Part shown: piece after piece, positions 8,890 to 19,800 of the stretch
Numbering within the stretch: position 1 is the stretch's first letter
Layout: the number at the start of each line of letters is the position of its first letter
Assembly: GCA_963776245.1 (NCBI GenBank)
Contig: CAVZLN010000005.1
Span: forward strand, 64,001-128,000
Length of the DNA stretch: 64,000 bases
Source of the DNA: Candidatus Eiseniibacteriota bacterium
GTDB lineage: Bacteria; Eisenbacteria; RBG-16-71-46
Direction of reading: 5' to 3'
The notes under the pieces: model-generated
Database searches by the model: none
What the model was told of the DNA's origin: nothing
What the model saw: only the letters and a program-made list of their open reading frames with translations
Program-made: the position numbers and the translations under genes

Positions 8890-8919
8890 AGTCTAGAGGG
8901 CAACGTGCGCGAGCGTCAA
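8890..8919 (-). promoter_or_regulatory. sigma70-type promoter TTGACG-N18-TAGACT for the selenoprotein gene
   Basis: Hexamers at 8919-8914 and 8895-8890, about 65 nt before ATG 8825. Confidence 0.65.
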
Positions 8920-8931
8920 GGCTGCGGCGGG

Positions 8932-9231
8932 TCATTCGGGCGTGCGGTACTTGGCCAGCAGGTCGCGGGCCGGCACCCGGCGCCCCGAAGCCGAGTGCAC
9001 CACGCGCACCTCGAAACCATATCGCTCCAGCCCGAAGTGGCGCTCGATGGCGCGCACCAGCCCTTCGACCGAAGCGTCCGCGCGGATGGTGCGGCCACGG
9101 CGGCCGGTTCCACGGGCACGAGCCCGGCCGGCCTCCACGCCTTCCTGGTAGGCACGCTTGAGCATCCGTTGCAGCGCCCGCCAGTGCGCGCGTTGCAGGG
9201 ACCGGAGCGCCTGGGCCTGCGTCATGAGCAT
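8932..9231 (-). CDS. Small basic hypothetical protein
   Basis: 99-aa ORF with GGGAGG SD, filling the intergenic gap. No family recognised. Confidence 0.7.
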   Translation of the reverse strand: MLMTQAQALRSLQRAHWRALQRMLKRAYQEGVEAGRARARGTGRRGRTIRADASVEGLVRAIERHFGLERYGFEVRVVHSASGRRVPARDLLAKYRTPE

Positions 9232-9433
9232 CCTCCCGACGGAGAGGACCTGGCCACGGCAGGCACTCTAGCACCGGACGCCCCCGCCGGGGATCGGTTT
9301 CGCCCGGCCTGCCGGGTGCTCCCGGCCCCACGCCCCCGCGGCGGCGCCCGACGCGCCGCTGCTCGCACCGCGCCGGCGCTGGCTTCCGCGGGAGGGCGGC
9401 GCTACTCTCGCGCCACGAGAGAACGGAGCGTGC

Positions 9434-10249
9434 ATGGACTACGAGACTCTGACCGAGATCCAGTGGGAGAAGGTGAGCAAGGTCTGGACGATGCTCGACG
9501 AGGGCGAGCTCGAGCGCGCGCGCCGTTCGCTCGACGCGATCATGGCCGAGCGCCCCGGGCACCCCGACCTGCGCATCGTGGACGCCGCCATCGCGCTCGA
9601 CGAGGGCGAGCCCCGGCGTGCGCTCCAGGCCCTGACGGGCGCCGAACGGTCCGCCGATCCGGCCCTGTTCTTCCACCTGCGGGCGGTCACCCAGTACGAG
9701 CTGGCGCGCTTCGAGGAGGCCCGCGACGACGCCGGGCGGGCACTCGCAGTGCATCCCGACCTCGCGGAGGCGCATGACCTGCTGGCGCGCGCGTTCGACC
9801 ACCTCGGGGACCGCGAGCGCTCCGAACAGCATGCCCGGGAGGCCGAGGAGATCGACCCGGATGCCTTCCCGCGGCCGCTCGAGGTGCCCGCCGAGCAGTT
9901 CGACGCCTTGGTCCGCAAGAACGTGGCCGAGCTGCCCCAGGAGGTCCGGCGCCACCTCGACGAGGTCCCGGTGCTGGTCGAGGATCTCCCGCGCCGCGAG
10001 GTCCTCACCGACGAGGACCCGCCGCTCTCGCCCGACCTGCTCGGGCTCCACGTCGGTCCCGACGTCATCCGCCGTTCGCATCTCGACACGCCCGCGGTGC
10101 ACGTGATCTTCCTGTTCCGCCGCAACCTGCTGCGCGCGTGCTCCGACCGCGAGGAACTGGAGCACGAGGTGCGCATCACGGTGCTGCACGAGGTCGGGCA
10201 CATGATGGGTCTCGACGAGGAGGACCTGGACCGCTGGGGGCTCGCGTGA
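9434..10249 (+). CDS. TPR-repeat protein fused to a zincin-like (Zincin_1) metallopeptidase domain
   Basis: TPR-like helices, then PDLLGLH...IFLFRRNL...TVLHEVGHMMGLDEEDL (HEXXH). Confidence 0.88.
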   Translation: MDYETLTEIQWEKVSKVWTMLDEGELERARRSLDAIMAERPGHPDLRIVDAAIALDEGEPRRALQALTGAERSADPALFFHLRAVTQYELARFEEARDDAGRALAVHPDLAEAHDLLARAFDHLGDRERSEQHAREAEEIDPDAFPRPLEVPAEQFDALVRKNVAELPQEVRRHLDEVPVLVEDLPRREVLTDEDPPLSPDLLGLHVGPDVIRRSHLDTPAVHVIFLFRRNLLRACSDREELEHEVRITVLHEVGHMMGLDEEDLDRWGLA

Positions 10250-11298
10250 GACTCACCCACCACGGCCGGGACGGCATCGCGGCCTGGCTCGCCGCGGCGC
10301 TGGCGCTGCTCCTCGGGCTGCTGCTGTGGCTCGCGCTCGCGGGCCGGGCGATCTCGGCCACCGCCACCCGCGTGCCCACGCTCGCGGGCGCCGCGCAGGC
10401 CGGCGCGCTGGTGATCGTGCACGGCGGCGTGGGCTCGGGGCCAGAGCTGGGCGACGGCCCGCGCGGCGCGGCCGCGCGCGGGCTCGACACGCTGCTGGCA
10501 CGCGGCACGAGTCTCGACGGCGCGATCGCCGCGGTGGGGGTGCTCGAGGACGATCCGCGCTTCAATGCCGGCACCGGCGCCAACATCCGGCTCGACGGGA
10601 AGACCATTCAGATGGACGCAGCGGTCATGACCGGCGCGGGCCGCTTCGCCGCGGTCGCCGCGATCGAGCGCGTCACCAGTCCGGTGCGCGTCGCGCGCGC
10701 GGTGATGGACACCCCGCACCTGCTGCTGGCAGGCGACGGCGCCACGCGCTTCGCCCACCGCCTCGGCTTCCCGGACGTGGTGCCCACCTGCCCGGAGGCC
10801 GAGGCGAAGTACCGCGCGCGCATGAGCCGGCTGGCCGCGATCATGGGCCGCGCCGACACTACCGCCTACGACTGGCGCACGGTGTGGAACTTCCCCAACG
10901 CCATGCCCGCGGACGTGCTCGAGTGGGGCCGGCACGGCGACACCGTCGGCGCGGTGGCACGCGACCGGCAGGGGAACTTCGCCGCCGCGCTCTCGACCGG
11001 CGGCACCTCGATCACGCTCTACGGCCGCGTCGGGGACGTCCCGATCTACGGCGCCGGGCTGTTCGCCGGCCCGGCGGGCGCGGTGGCGTGCACCGGCGAC
11101 GGCGAGGAGATCATCAAGCGCTTCATGGCCCACGCGGTCTACGAGCAGATGGCCAGGGGCGTCGCGGCGCGCGAGGCCGTGAGGCGCGCGGCCGACGCCT
11201 TCCCGGCCGACTTCACGCTCGGCCTCATCGCGGTGGATCGCTCCGGCTGGGGCGTGGCGGCCAACCGTTCGATGGCGTGGGGCATGGCCGGGCGCTGA
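10246..11298 (+). CDS. Isoaspartyl peptidase / L-asparaginase (Ntn hydrolase) with an N-terminal signal/TM segment
   Basis: VIVHGG, LEDDPRFNAG, MDAAVM, GD|TVGAVA autocleavage site, STGG, GRVGD and TGDGE. GTGA overlap start. Confidence 0.9.
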   Translation: MRLTHHGRDGIAAWLAAALALLLGLLLWLALAGRAISATATRVPTLAGAAQAGALVIVHGGVGSGPELGDGPRGAAARGLDTLLARGTSLDGAIAAVGVLEDDPRFNAGTGANIRLDGKTIQMDAAVMTGAGRFAAVAAIERVTSPVRVARAVMDTPHLLLAGDGATRFAHRLGFPDVVPTCPEAEAKYRARMSRLAAIMGRADTTAYDWRTVWNFPNAMPADVLEWGRHGDTVGAVARDRQGNFAAALSTGGTSITLYGRVGDVPIYGAGLFAGPAGAVACTGDGEEIIKRFMAHAVYEQMARGVAAREAVRRAADAFPADFTLGLIAVDRSGWGVAANRSMAWGMAGR

Positions 11299-11376
11299 CG
11301 CGGGGACCCCGCCCTGCCTGAGGGCCCGCACGAATCCTCTTCGGGCGGCCGGGAGCGCCGTGCTAGCGTTCCGGCG

Positions 11377-12012
11377 ATGCCCGCCCCGCGATCCCCACTC
11401 GCTGCCGGCCTAGTGCTGATCACACTGCTCGTGCCCGGTCGGGCGCGCGCCCTCGAGGCGCCACGGCTGATCGACGCTCCGGTGCGTTCGGTGGACGCGG
11501 GTCGCACCGTCGAACTGGTGTGGTCGGCGCCCGCGGGCGTCGTGGAGGAACTGGAGATCCTGTTGTCGGTGGATGGCGGCCGCACCTTCCCCATCCGGGT
11601 CTCGCCCTCACTCGACCCCGGCACCACTCACTGGCGCTGGCACGTGCCCAATCTCTCCGCCGCGGACGCACGGCTGCGCGTGCGCGCCCTGGTCGGGGGC
11701 CGCGAAACGCCGGGCGAGCCGACATCGCCGTTCCGCATCGTCGCCGCACCCGGCCAGCCCGTCGAGCGCGCTCTCGTGCAGGAAGGCGGCTGGTGGAGCG
11801 GTTGCCAGCCGGCTCGCCCGCCCGCCACGCCCGCGCCCGTATCACGCGAGCCCTTGTTGTCCGACGCGCTCGACGGCGTCCCGCCGCTCTCGGGCCCGCC
11901 GGACGTGGCGCTCACCCTGTCCTGCGGCCCGCTTCTCCTCCTGCCCGCGCCGTCGGTCGCCACCGCGAGCGGCGGTCGTCCCGTTCCGCGCGCGGTCCCA
12001 CTCCGGAATTGA
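11377..12012 (+). CDS. Exported hypothetical protein (Ig-like beta domain plus Pro-rich tail)
   Basis: Signal peptide; VELVW...LLSVDGGRTFP...WRWHVPNL...ARLRVRA. Confidence 0.7.
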   Translation: MPAPRSPLAAGLVLITLLVPGRARALEAPRLIDAPVRSVDAGRTVELVWSAPAGVVEELEILLSVDGGRTFPIRVSPSLDPGTTHWRWHVPNLSAADARLRVRALVGGRETPGEPTSPFRIVAAPGQPVERALVQEGGWWSGCQPARPPATPAPVSREPLLSDALDGVPPLSGPPDVALTLSCGPLLLLPAPSVATASGGRPVPRAVPLRN

Positions 12013-12067
12013 GGCCGAGGTCCCGCGTCCGCGACCGCGACCTCCCACTTTCCCGAAAGGACCGATC

Positions 12068-14233
12068 ATGCGCGCATCCGCACGCGCCGCCCTCGTGGCG
12101 GTGCTCGCGGTCGCGCCGTGGCTGGCCGGTTCGGTCTCCGCGCAGGAGACCGACTCGCTGGCCGTGGTGAGCGACCCCGTGAAGTACCTCGTCATCGTCT
12201 CCGCCACCAAGACCCCCCGGCCGCTCGAGGAGATCCCCAACTCCGCCACGGTGATCCGCGGGGACGCGCTGCGCCGCGGCGGTGTGCGGACGCTCGCCGA
12301 CGCGCTGCAGGACGTGGTCGGCATGGACACCGGAAACGGCTCCGACGCCGGGCTGGCGATGCCCAACATCGGACTCTGGGGACTCAAGGAGTTCGACGCC
12401 CTGCTGATCACGCTCGACGGCGTGCCGGTCGGCGGTCCGTTCAACCCCGACCTGGCCGAGATCCCGGTCGAGGACATCGACCGCATCGAGATCGTGAAGG
12501 GACCCCAGGGCACGCTCTATGGCGTCTCCGCATTCGCGGGCATGCTGCAGGTGTTCACGCGCCAGGACGAGGGCGGCCGTGGCCACCTCACGCTGGGCGG
12601 CGGTTCCTTCTCGGAGGGCCACGCCGACGCCGGCTGGAATCGGGCGCTCGGGCCGTTCGCGCTGCGCCTGAACGGCGGCGCGCAGCGCTCGGACGGCTGG
12701 CAGGACAGGACCGGGCGCGACCTCGACCACGGTGCGCTCGCGCTCAGCGGCGGGCTCGGCGCGGGGCGGCTGACGCTCGCGCTCTCGGCCCGCCGGGACC
12801 ATCAGCGCTGGGGGACGCCCCTGCCGCTCGATCCCCAGACCGGCGAGATCGATCCGAACTTCCGTGCCGACCGGAACTACGCGGTGGGCGGCGCGCGTGT
12901 CGATCACCATCTGTGGTCGGCGAGCTCGGGTCTGAGCTGGCCGGCCGGGCGAGCGCGCCGCGTCGAGAACACGCTCGGGTTCACCCGCGACGTCCAGCTC
13001 TCGGTGACCAGCTTCCCCGAGCCCGACGCGGCGACCGGCACCACGGTCCCGTCGGCCGGGGTGTCCCTTCGACCGGAGCAGAACACGCTGTTCGACGACC
13101 TGCGCGTGGTCTCGCGCTTCGCGCTCGCCGGCCGGCACGAGTCCGTGATGGGCGCCGCCGTCACCTGGGGCCGGGTCGAGGCCGCGGGCATGGGCTTCGA
13201 CTTCGACCAGGACGCGAGCGCCGCGGCGAGCATCCCCGACGTGGGCACCCTCGCCCCCGGCGACCTGCGATCGTTCCGCGACGAGCGCACCTTCCTCGGC
13301 GCCTACGTGCACGACTCGTGGACTCCGCAGGGCCAGTCCGCGCTCACGCTGGCCGGCGGCGGGCGCTACGACCGGGCGCACGAGAAGCTCCACGCCCAGG
13401 CGCAGGAGCAGTCCCCGGGCTCGCCGCTCGAGAGCGCGGACGACGGCCGCACCGACCGCGCGTGGTCGGGAGACGCTTCGGCGCTGGTGCGCCTGCTGCC
13501 GGCACCGCTCCACCACCTCGAAGCGGCCAACGCGTACCTGAACTGGAAGAGCTCGTTCAAGCCCGCCGCCCCCAACCTGACCGAAGCCGAGGGCGCGAGC
13601 ATCCTCGACCCCGAACGCACGCACTCGGTGGAGGCGGGGCTCAAGCTGCGCGCGCTCGAACGCCAGCTCGGGCTCGACCTGTCGTGGTTCGACCTGCGGT
13701 TCGACAACCTGGTGGTGCCGGTCGAGGGGCCGGGCTCGACGCCGTTGCTGACCAACGCCGGCCGGGAGCGATTCCGGGGCGCCGAGGTCGCGCTCGACTC
13801 GCGACCCGCGGCGATTCCAGGTCTGGAGCTCGGCATCGGATACGCACATCACGATCCGCGCTTCGTGCGCTTCGCGTTCCTCACGCCCGACGCGACGATG
13901 GAGGACGACAGCGGCCACCTGGTCGAGCTGGCGCCGCGGGAACTGGCGAACGGCCGGCTGGCCTGGCATTCGCCCGCCGGGATCGGCGTGTTCGGCGCGG
14001 TGCGCTGGCAGGGCCGCCGCGCGCTCGACCGCGACAACCACTACTTCCTCCCTGCGGACTCGGAGTGGGATGCCGGCGTGTCGTACGAACTCGCGGGCTG
14101 GCGCGCGAGCGTGACCGGGCGGAACCTCGGCGACCGGCGTCACATCGTGGCCGAGAGCGACCTCGCGGATGCGATGTTCTACCTCGCGCCGCCGCGGCGG
14201 GTGAGCGCGCAGGTGACGTACACGTTCGAGTGA
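12068..14233 (+). CDS. TonB-dependent receptor
   Basis: Signal peptide, IVSATKTP TonB-box region, plug motif DIDRIEIVKGPQGTLYG, and C-terminal RNLGD...VTYTF. Confidence 0.93.
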   Translation: MRASARAALVAVLAVAPWLAGSVSAQETDSLAVVSDPVKYLVIVSATKTPRPLEEIPNSATVIRGDALRRGGVRTLADALQDVVGMDTGNGSDAGLAMPNIGLWGLKEFDALLITLDGVPVGGPFNPDLAEIPVEDIDRIEIVKGPQGTLYGVSAFAGMLQVFTRQDEGGRGHLTLGGGSFSEGHADAGWNRALGPFALRLNGGAQRSDGWQDRTGRDLDHGALALSGGLGAGRLTLALSARRDHQRWGTPLPLDPQTGEIDPNFRADRNYAVGGARVDHHLWSASSGLSWPAGRARRVENTLGFTRDVQLSVTSFPEPDAATGTTVPSAGVSLRPEQNTLFDDLRVVSRFALAGRHESVMGAAVTWGRVEAAGMGFDFDQDASAAASIPDVGTLAPGDLRSFRDERTFLGAYVHDSWTPQGQSALTLAGGGRYDRAHEKLHAQAQEQSPGSPLESADDGRTDRAWSGDASALVRLLPAPLHHLEAANAYLNWKSSFKPAAPNLTEAEGASILDPERTHSVEAGLKLRALERQLGLDLSWFDLRFDNLVVPVEGPGSTPLLTNAGRERFRGAEVALDSRPAAIPGLELGIGYAHHDPRFVRFAFLTPDATMEDDSGHLVELAPRELANGRLAWHSPAGIGVFGAVRWQGRRALDRDNHYFLPADSEWDAGVSYELAGWRASVTGRNLGDRRHIVAESDLADAMFYLAPPRRVSAQVTYTFE

Positions 14234-14242
14234 CGCGCGGCA

Positions 14243-14278
14243 CGCGAGCCCCGGGGAGACGTTCCCCGGGGCCTCGCG
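14243..14278. terminator. Hairpin between the convergent TBDR and copA operons
   Basis: CGCGAGCCCCGGGGA-loop-TCCCCGGGGCCTCGCG. Confidence 0.6.
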
Positions 14279-14291
14279 GTCGCGACGGTGC

Positions 14292-14381
14292 TCAGCGTCG
14301 CCGCGGTCCCAGGAACCAGAGGTTCACGAGCACGATCAGCGCGCCGCCCGCGAGCGTGACGCCCCACTGGAGCGCGCTCAT
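14292..14381 (-). CDS. 29-aa single-TM peptide coupled to copA
   Basis: [29 protein letters not shown]; its ATG overlaps the ATPase TGA (ATGA). Confidence 0.65.
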   Translation of the reverse strand: MSALQWGVTLAGGALIVLVNLWFLGPRRR

Positions 14382-16734
14382 CGGCCGAATCCCCGCAGCC
14401 GCAGCGACGACGTCACGACCGACACGCTCGAGAACGCCATCGCGACCGAGGCGATCATGGGATTGAGCGTGCCCTCCCAGCCCAACACCGGCCCGACCGG
14501 GCCGCCCGGCCGCAGGAACACGTAGAGCAGCCCGGCCGCGACCGGGATGCCGAGCGTGTTGTAGACGAACGCCCAGAACAGGTTCTGGCGGATCACCTGC
14601 ATGGTGCGCCGCGCCAGGCCGATGGCCAGCGGCACGGCGGCGAGGTCGCCGCGCACCAGCGTCATGCCGCTCGCCTCCATCGCGATGTCGGTGCCGCCGC
14701 CCATCGCGATGCCGAGGTCGGCCTGCGCCAGCGCGGGGGCGTCGTTGATCCCGTCGCCCACCATCGCCACGCGGTTCCCGGCCGCCTGCAGCTCGCGCAC
14801 CTTGGCGCTCTTGTCTCCCGGCATCACCTCGGCGAGCACGCGCTCGCGGGGCGATGCCGGCCTCGCGCGCCACCGCGTGCGCGGTGCGCGCGTGGTCGCC
14901 GGTGATCAGCCAGACCTCGAGCCCGTCGCGCTCGAGCCGCGCCACCGCCGCGCGCGCGTCGGGCTTGAGCGTGTCGGCCACCGCCGAGCAGGCCCAGCGG
15001 CGCGGCCGTCCTCGGCCACCCCCACGACCGTGCGGCCCGCGGCCTCGAGGCGCTCCGCGGCACTCGCCAGCGCCGGCACGGTGGCGAGGTCGGCGCCGTG
15101 CTCGGCGAGGTGCGCGGCCGAGCCGAGCGCCACGACGCGCCCGCCGAGCACGCCCACGACGCCGCGGCCCGGGACGGCCGCGACGTCGTCGGGCTCGGGC
15201 GGCTCCACGCCGCGCTCCGCCGCGCCGCGCACGATGGCGGCGCGAGCGGATGCTCGCTGCGCGACTCCAGCGCGGCGGCGACCGCGAGCAGCGCGCGCCT
15301 CGTCCACGCCGGGGGCCGCGACCACGTCGGTCACCGCCGGCCTGCCGCGCGTGAGCGTGCCGGTCTTGTCGAACACCACCGACGCCGATGCCGCTCGGCG
15401 TTCTCGAGCGCGTCGGCGCCGCGCAGCAGCACGCCCAGCTCGGCGCCGCGCCCGGTGCCCACCATGAGCGCGGTCGGGCGTGGCGAGCCCGAGCGCGCAC
15501 GGGCACGCGATGATGAGCACCGCCACGCGCCGCGAGCAGCGCCCGCGCCAGCGGAGGGGCGGGGCCGAGGTCGAACCACAGCACGAACGCGAGCACGCGC
15601 GATCGAGATCACCACCGGCACGAACACCGCGGCGACGCGGTCGGCCAGCCGCGACACCGACGGCCTTGGTGGCCTGCGCCTGCTGCACCAGCCGCACGAT
15701 CTGCATGAGCATCGAGTCGGCGCCGACGCGCTCGGCGCGCATGCGGAACGAACCGGTCTGATTGACGGTCGCGCCCACCACGCGCTCGCCGGCGCGCGTC
15801 TCGACCGGCAGCGGCTCGCCGGTGAGCATGGACTGGTCGATGGTCGAGCGGCCGTCGAGCACCATGCCGTCCACCGGCACCTTCTCGCCCGGCCGCACCA
15901 GCAGCACGTCGCCGGGCTGCACCTGGTCGAGCGGCACGTCGCGCGTCTCGCTCGCCGCTCACGCGATGCGCGATGCGCGGGCGCAGGTCGAGCAGCCGGC
16001 GCAGCGCCTGGGACGCCCCGGCGCGCGCGCGCGTCTCGAGCAGCCGGCCGAGCAGGATCAGCACCACGATCACGGCCGAGGTGTCGAAGTAGGCGTGCGG
16101 GTGCACGCCGACGCGGTGGAACAGCCCGGGCGCGAGCGTGGCGACGAGCGAGTAGGTGTACGCGGTGAGCGTGCCCAGCCCGATCGAGCAGGTCCATGTC
16201 GGCGGCGCGGCGACGCACGCCGCGCCATGCTCCGCGCACGAACGACCAGCCGGCCCACCACTGGATCGGGGTCGCGAACACCAGCGCGATCCCGTTCTGC
16301 ACCGGCTCCGGGATCCGCGAAAGCGGCGGCAGCATACCGAACATGCCGAGCACCACCACCGGGCCCGCCAGTGCGGCGGCCACCTGGAAGCGGCGCCGCA
16401 GCGCGGCCAGCTCCGCCAGGCGCTCGCGCTGCTCGGCGTCGTCGGCGACCGCGCTCGATACCGGGCGCGCGCCGTAGCCGGCGGCCTCCAGCGCGGCGGC
16501 CAGCCGTTCGAACGGCACGTCGTGCGCCAGCGTGACCTGCGCGCGCTCGGTGGCGAGGTTCACGGACGCCGCGGACACGCCCTCCACCCCGCCCAGCGCC
16601 CGCTCGACGCGGTCGACACACGCGGCGCAATGCATCCCCGTCACGCGCACCTCCAGCGCGCGGGCCGGCGGCGCGCCGGGCGCGGAGGCTCCGGACGGCG
16701 CGGCTCTCAGCTGGTTCAGCGACACGAAGGACAC
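14378..16734 (-). CDS. copA: Cu(I)-type P1B heavy-metal ATPase, with 10 or more frameshifts in this sequence
   Basis: GMHCAAC HMA domain, [43 protein letters not shown] and AMAFSS, spread over all three frames. GTG start with GAGGAGGAG SD. Confidence 0.9.
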
Positions 16735-16805
16735 GGGATGCTCCTCCTCACCGACCCCACGGCGGCCCCGCGGGGGACTCACCCGGCGCAATGGGCGCTC
16801 CGAGG

Positions 16806-19800
16806 CTACTGGATGCCACCGATGCTGCCCACCCGGGTGCCGCGCTCGAAGTAGATCTCCCGCTGGTCCTTCAGCCCGAGCCGGAAGTAGTACTCCGACT
16901 CGCCGCCGAGGGAGAACGTGCGCGTGAAGATCGCGGTCCAGCAGTGCAGGTCGCGCTGAACCGAGAAGCGCTGCGTGGTCAGCGCGTGGAAGGTGAGGTC
17001 GTAGGAGGCGGACCAGTCGGCCGCCCAGCCGGGGCTGAACTGGTAGCGCGCGACCGCGTTCGCGCTCTGGCGATCCGCCCACTTCGATCCTTCGTACCCG
17101 CCGGCGTAGGAGTAGGCGAGCCCGAGCGTCCACGCGTCGCGGAAGCCCGGTTGCTCCTCGGCCTCGGCCGGCCGGGAATCCAGCGGCAGCTCGGGATTGG
17201 ACGAGCGCGCGGGACCGCTGCCGAGGTTGAGCCCCGCGTAGGTCGACATGTTGCGCACCGGCCGCGCCTGGTAGGGATCGGTGGTCCACTGCACGCTTCC
17301 GTTCATCGTGCCCGGCGGCTGGAGGTTGACGGTCGAGGAGATCGGCGACAGTGGATGCAGGAGCCCGCGTTCGCGCCACAGGAAATCGTACGATCCCGAC
17401 GTGGTCCACGACACCAGGTTGTCGAGCCGCACGATGTCGGTGCCGCGCTTGAGCTTCACCTGGAACCGCTGGTCGAGCGAGTAGCTCATCGAGGCGTTGC
17501 GGAAGCCCGAGATGCCGATCCCGCTGAAGCCCTCGAAGCGGCTCCGCCGCACCCCGGCGCGGTCGGCGTACGTGAGGCTCTTGAACTCCGGCGCGTAGCT
17601 GAAGGACACGTTCGGGGTCACCACGTGGCGCAGGCCTTCCAGCGGCCCGATGCGTGGCGCGAAGGTGCCGTAGAACGTGGTCCCGGTCGAGACGCCGGTG
17701 CTCCACACCGCTGCGGGGACCACCTTGCGGCCCAGGACGTCGTGGTCGAACACCACCGCGCTGGTGCTCAGGCGCGGCGCGAGATTGATCCAGCCGAAGA
17801 CGCGGCGCGAGTCCGAGAGCGATCCGTCGGCCGCGAACCCGCGGCGGACCGTGATGCGCTGGCCGAGCACGTTCGAGGAGTCCGGGCCGGTGCCGGTGCG
17901 CCCCACCACCACCGCGCGCCGCTCGCGCTGCTCGACGAGACGGGTCGCCAGGCTCGCATACACGGTCTTGAGCCCGTTCTCCAGCGGGGTGCCCTTGAAC
18001 GCCGAGATCGAGCCGAGGGTGCGGGTCGGAAAGGAGACCGAGAGGCTGGGGCGGGTCTCGGTGAGATTCGCGAGCGAGGCGACGGTGCCGACCGCGGGCA
18101 AGGGTGCGCCGGTCAGCCCGCGGTCGCCCTCCAGCGCCTGGTCGGCATCGAGATCCTGGCGGCGGTCGACATAGGCGCTGAACGCTGCCCAGTCGGCGCT
18201 GTGCGAGACGGCGAGGTTCGAGGTCAGGAACCGGTTCAGGCGCTGCGAGAGCGGCGCGCCGAACAGGTTGCTCGAGCTGTAGTCGCGGCTCGACACGAAC
18301 GAGCCGCGCGCCGCCAGCCGCGTGCGCGCGGTGAGTTCCTGGTTGTGCTCGGCGTAGAGGTCCCAGTCGTCGCGGCGGGTGTGCTCGTTGCGGGCGAACG
18401 AGGTGCGGAACGACCCGTCGAGCACGTACATCAGCTTGTACTGGCTCTCGGCCCGCGTCACCCACGAGGGCTCGGCCTGGTAGTAGTCGCCCGAGAGCGT
18501 GAGGTCCATGTAGTCGTTCGGAGCCCAGTAGTAGCCGGCATTGCGGACGAACTGTCCGGCGGGGTTGTTGAGGCCGAACTCGAGCTGGGGGAACAGGAAG
18601 CCCGAGTGGCGTCCGGGCTTGATGGGGAACACGTAGAACGGCAGCGCGAGCAGCGGCACGTTCTTGACGTAGAACACCACGGGCTTCGCGACCAGCTTGT
18701 CCTTGAGATAGATCTTCATCCACTTCGAGGCGAAGTGGTAGTGCGGCTGCACCAGATTGCACGTGGTGTACGAGCCGCCCATCACGTCGAGCTCGCTCTT
18801 GTTCACCTTGCGGATGCGCTCGCCGTGGTAGCGCCCCTTCTCGTAGTCGGTCTCGGCGTCGTAGATGGTGCCGACGCGCGATTCGAGGTCGTAGGTCATG
18901 AGGTGGCCGGCCACCTGCTCGCCGCGGTCCTTGAGCTGCGGCTTGCCCTCCGCGACCAGCGTCTGCTGCCCGACGTCGTACACCACGCGCCGCGAGCGCA
19001 GCTCGAGGTCGCCATACGTCAGGTGCGCTCCCTGGTCGAGCACGATGCGGTTCTTCGGCACCTCGTACTCGATGCGCACCGCGTCGTAGGCGACGGTCTC
19101 CTTCTTCTGAGCGGTGGTGTCGGCGGCGTCCACCGCGGGGCGGAACTCGCCCTTCGCCTGTCCCTGCACGCGCGCGCGGTCGATCTTGCGGTCGCGGAAG
19201 AACACCGTGATGGTGTCCCCGAGCGCGAGATTGCGCTCCTGGCTCTTGCCTGCGCGCGTGGGCGCGCCATAGTCGTTGCGGGCCTCCCCCATCGCGACCA
19301 GGCTGTCGATGTCCTGGTCGGTGAAGAACACGTCCACGCGCCGCCCGGTGAGCCGGCTCGACTCGCCGAGGGTGGCGGGGCGCGCGCCGCGGTAGTCCAT
19401 CACCGCCCGGTTGCGCACCACCACGCGCCGCACCACGCGCTTCTCGCTCCAGATCTCGAGGGTGTCGCCGCTCACGGTGTTCTCGTCGTCCCACACGCGC
19501 GGGGCTCCCAGCATCCAGCCGCGGCTGGCCCGGTCGTCGAACAGCGCGTAGTCCGACCGCGCGTGCAGGGTGTCGCTCACCACCACCACCGAGTCGATGG
19601 CCTGGGCGACGCGGGTCTCGGTGTTGACGCGCATCAGCCGCGAGGTCATCCGGGTGACGTGGCCCTTCTCGTCCGTGGTCTTGAGCACCGGGTGGCCGCT
19701 GGCGAGCGCCTCGCGGCTGCGGCGGTCGAAGTCCACCGAGTCGGCGTCGAGCTCGGTGCGATTGGCGTCGTCGAACCCCTTCACGTCGCCGCGCGCCTGC

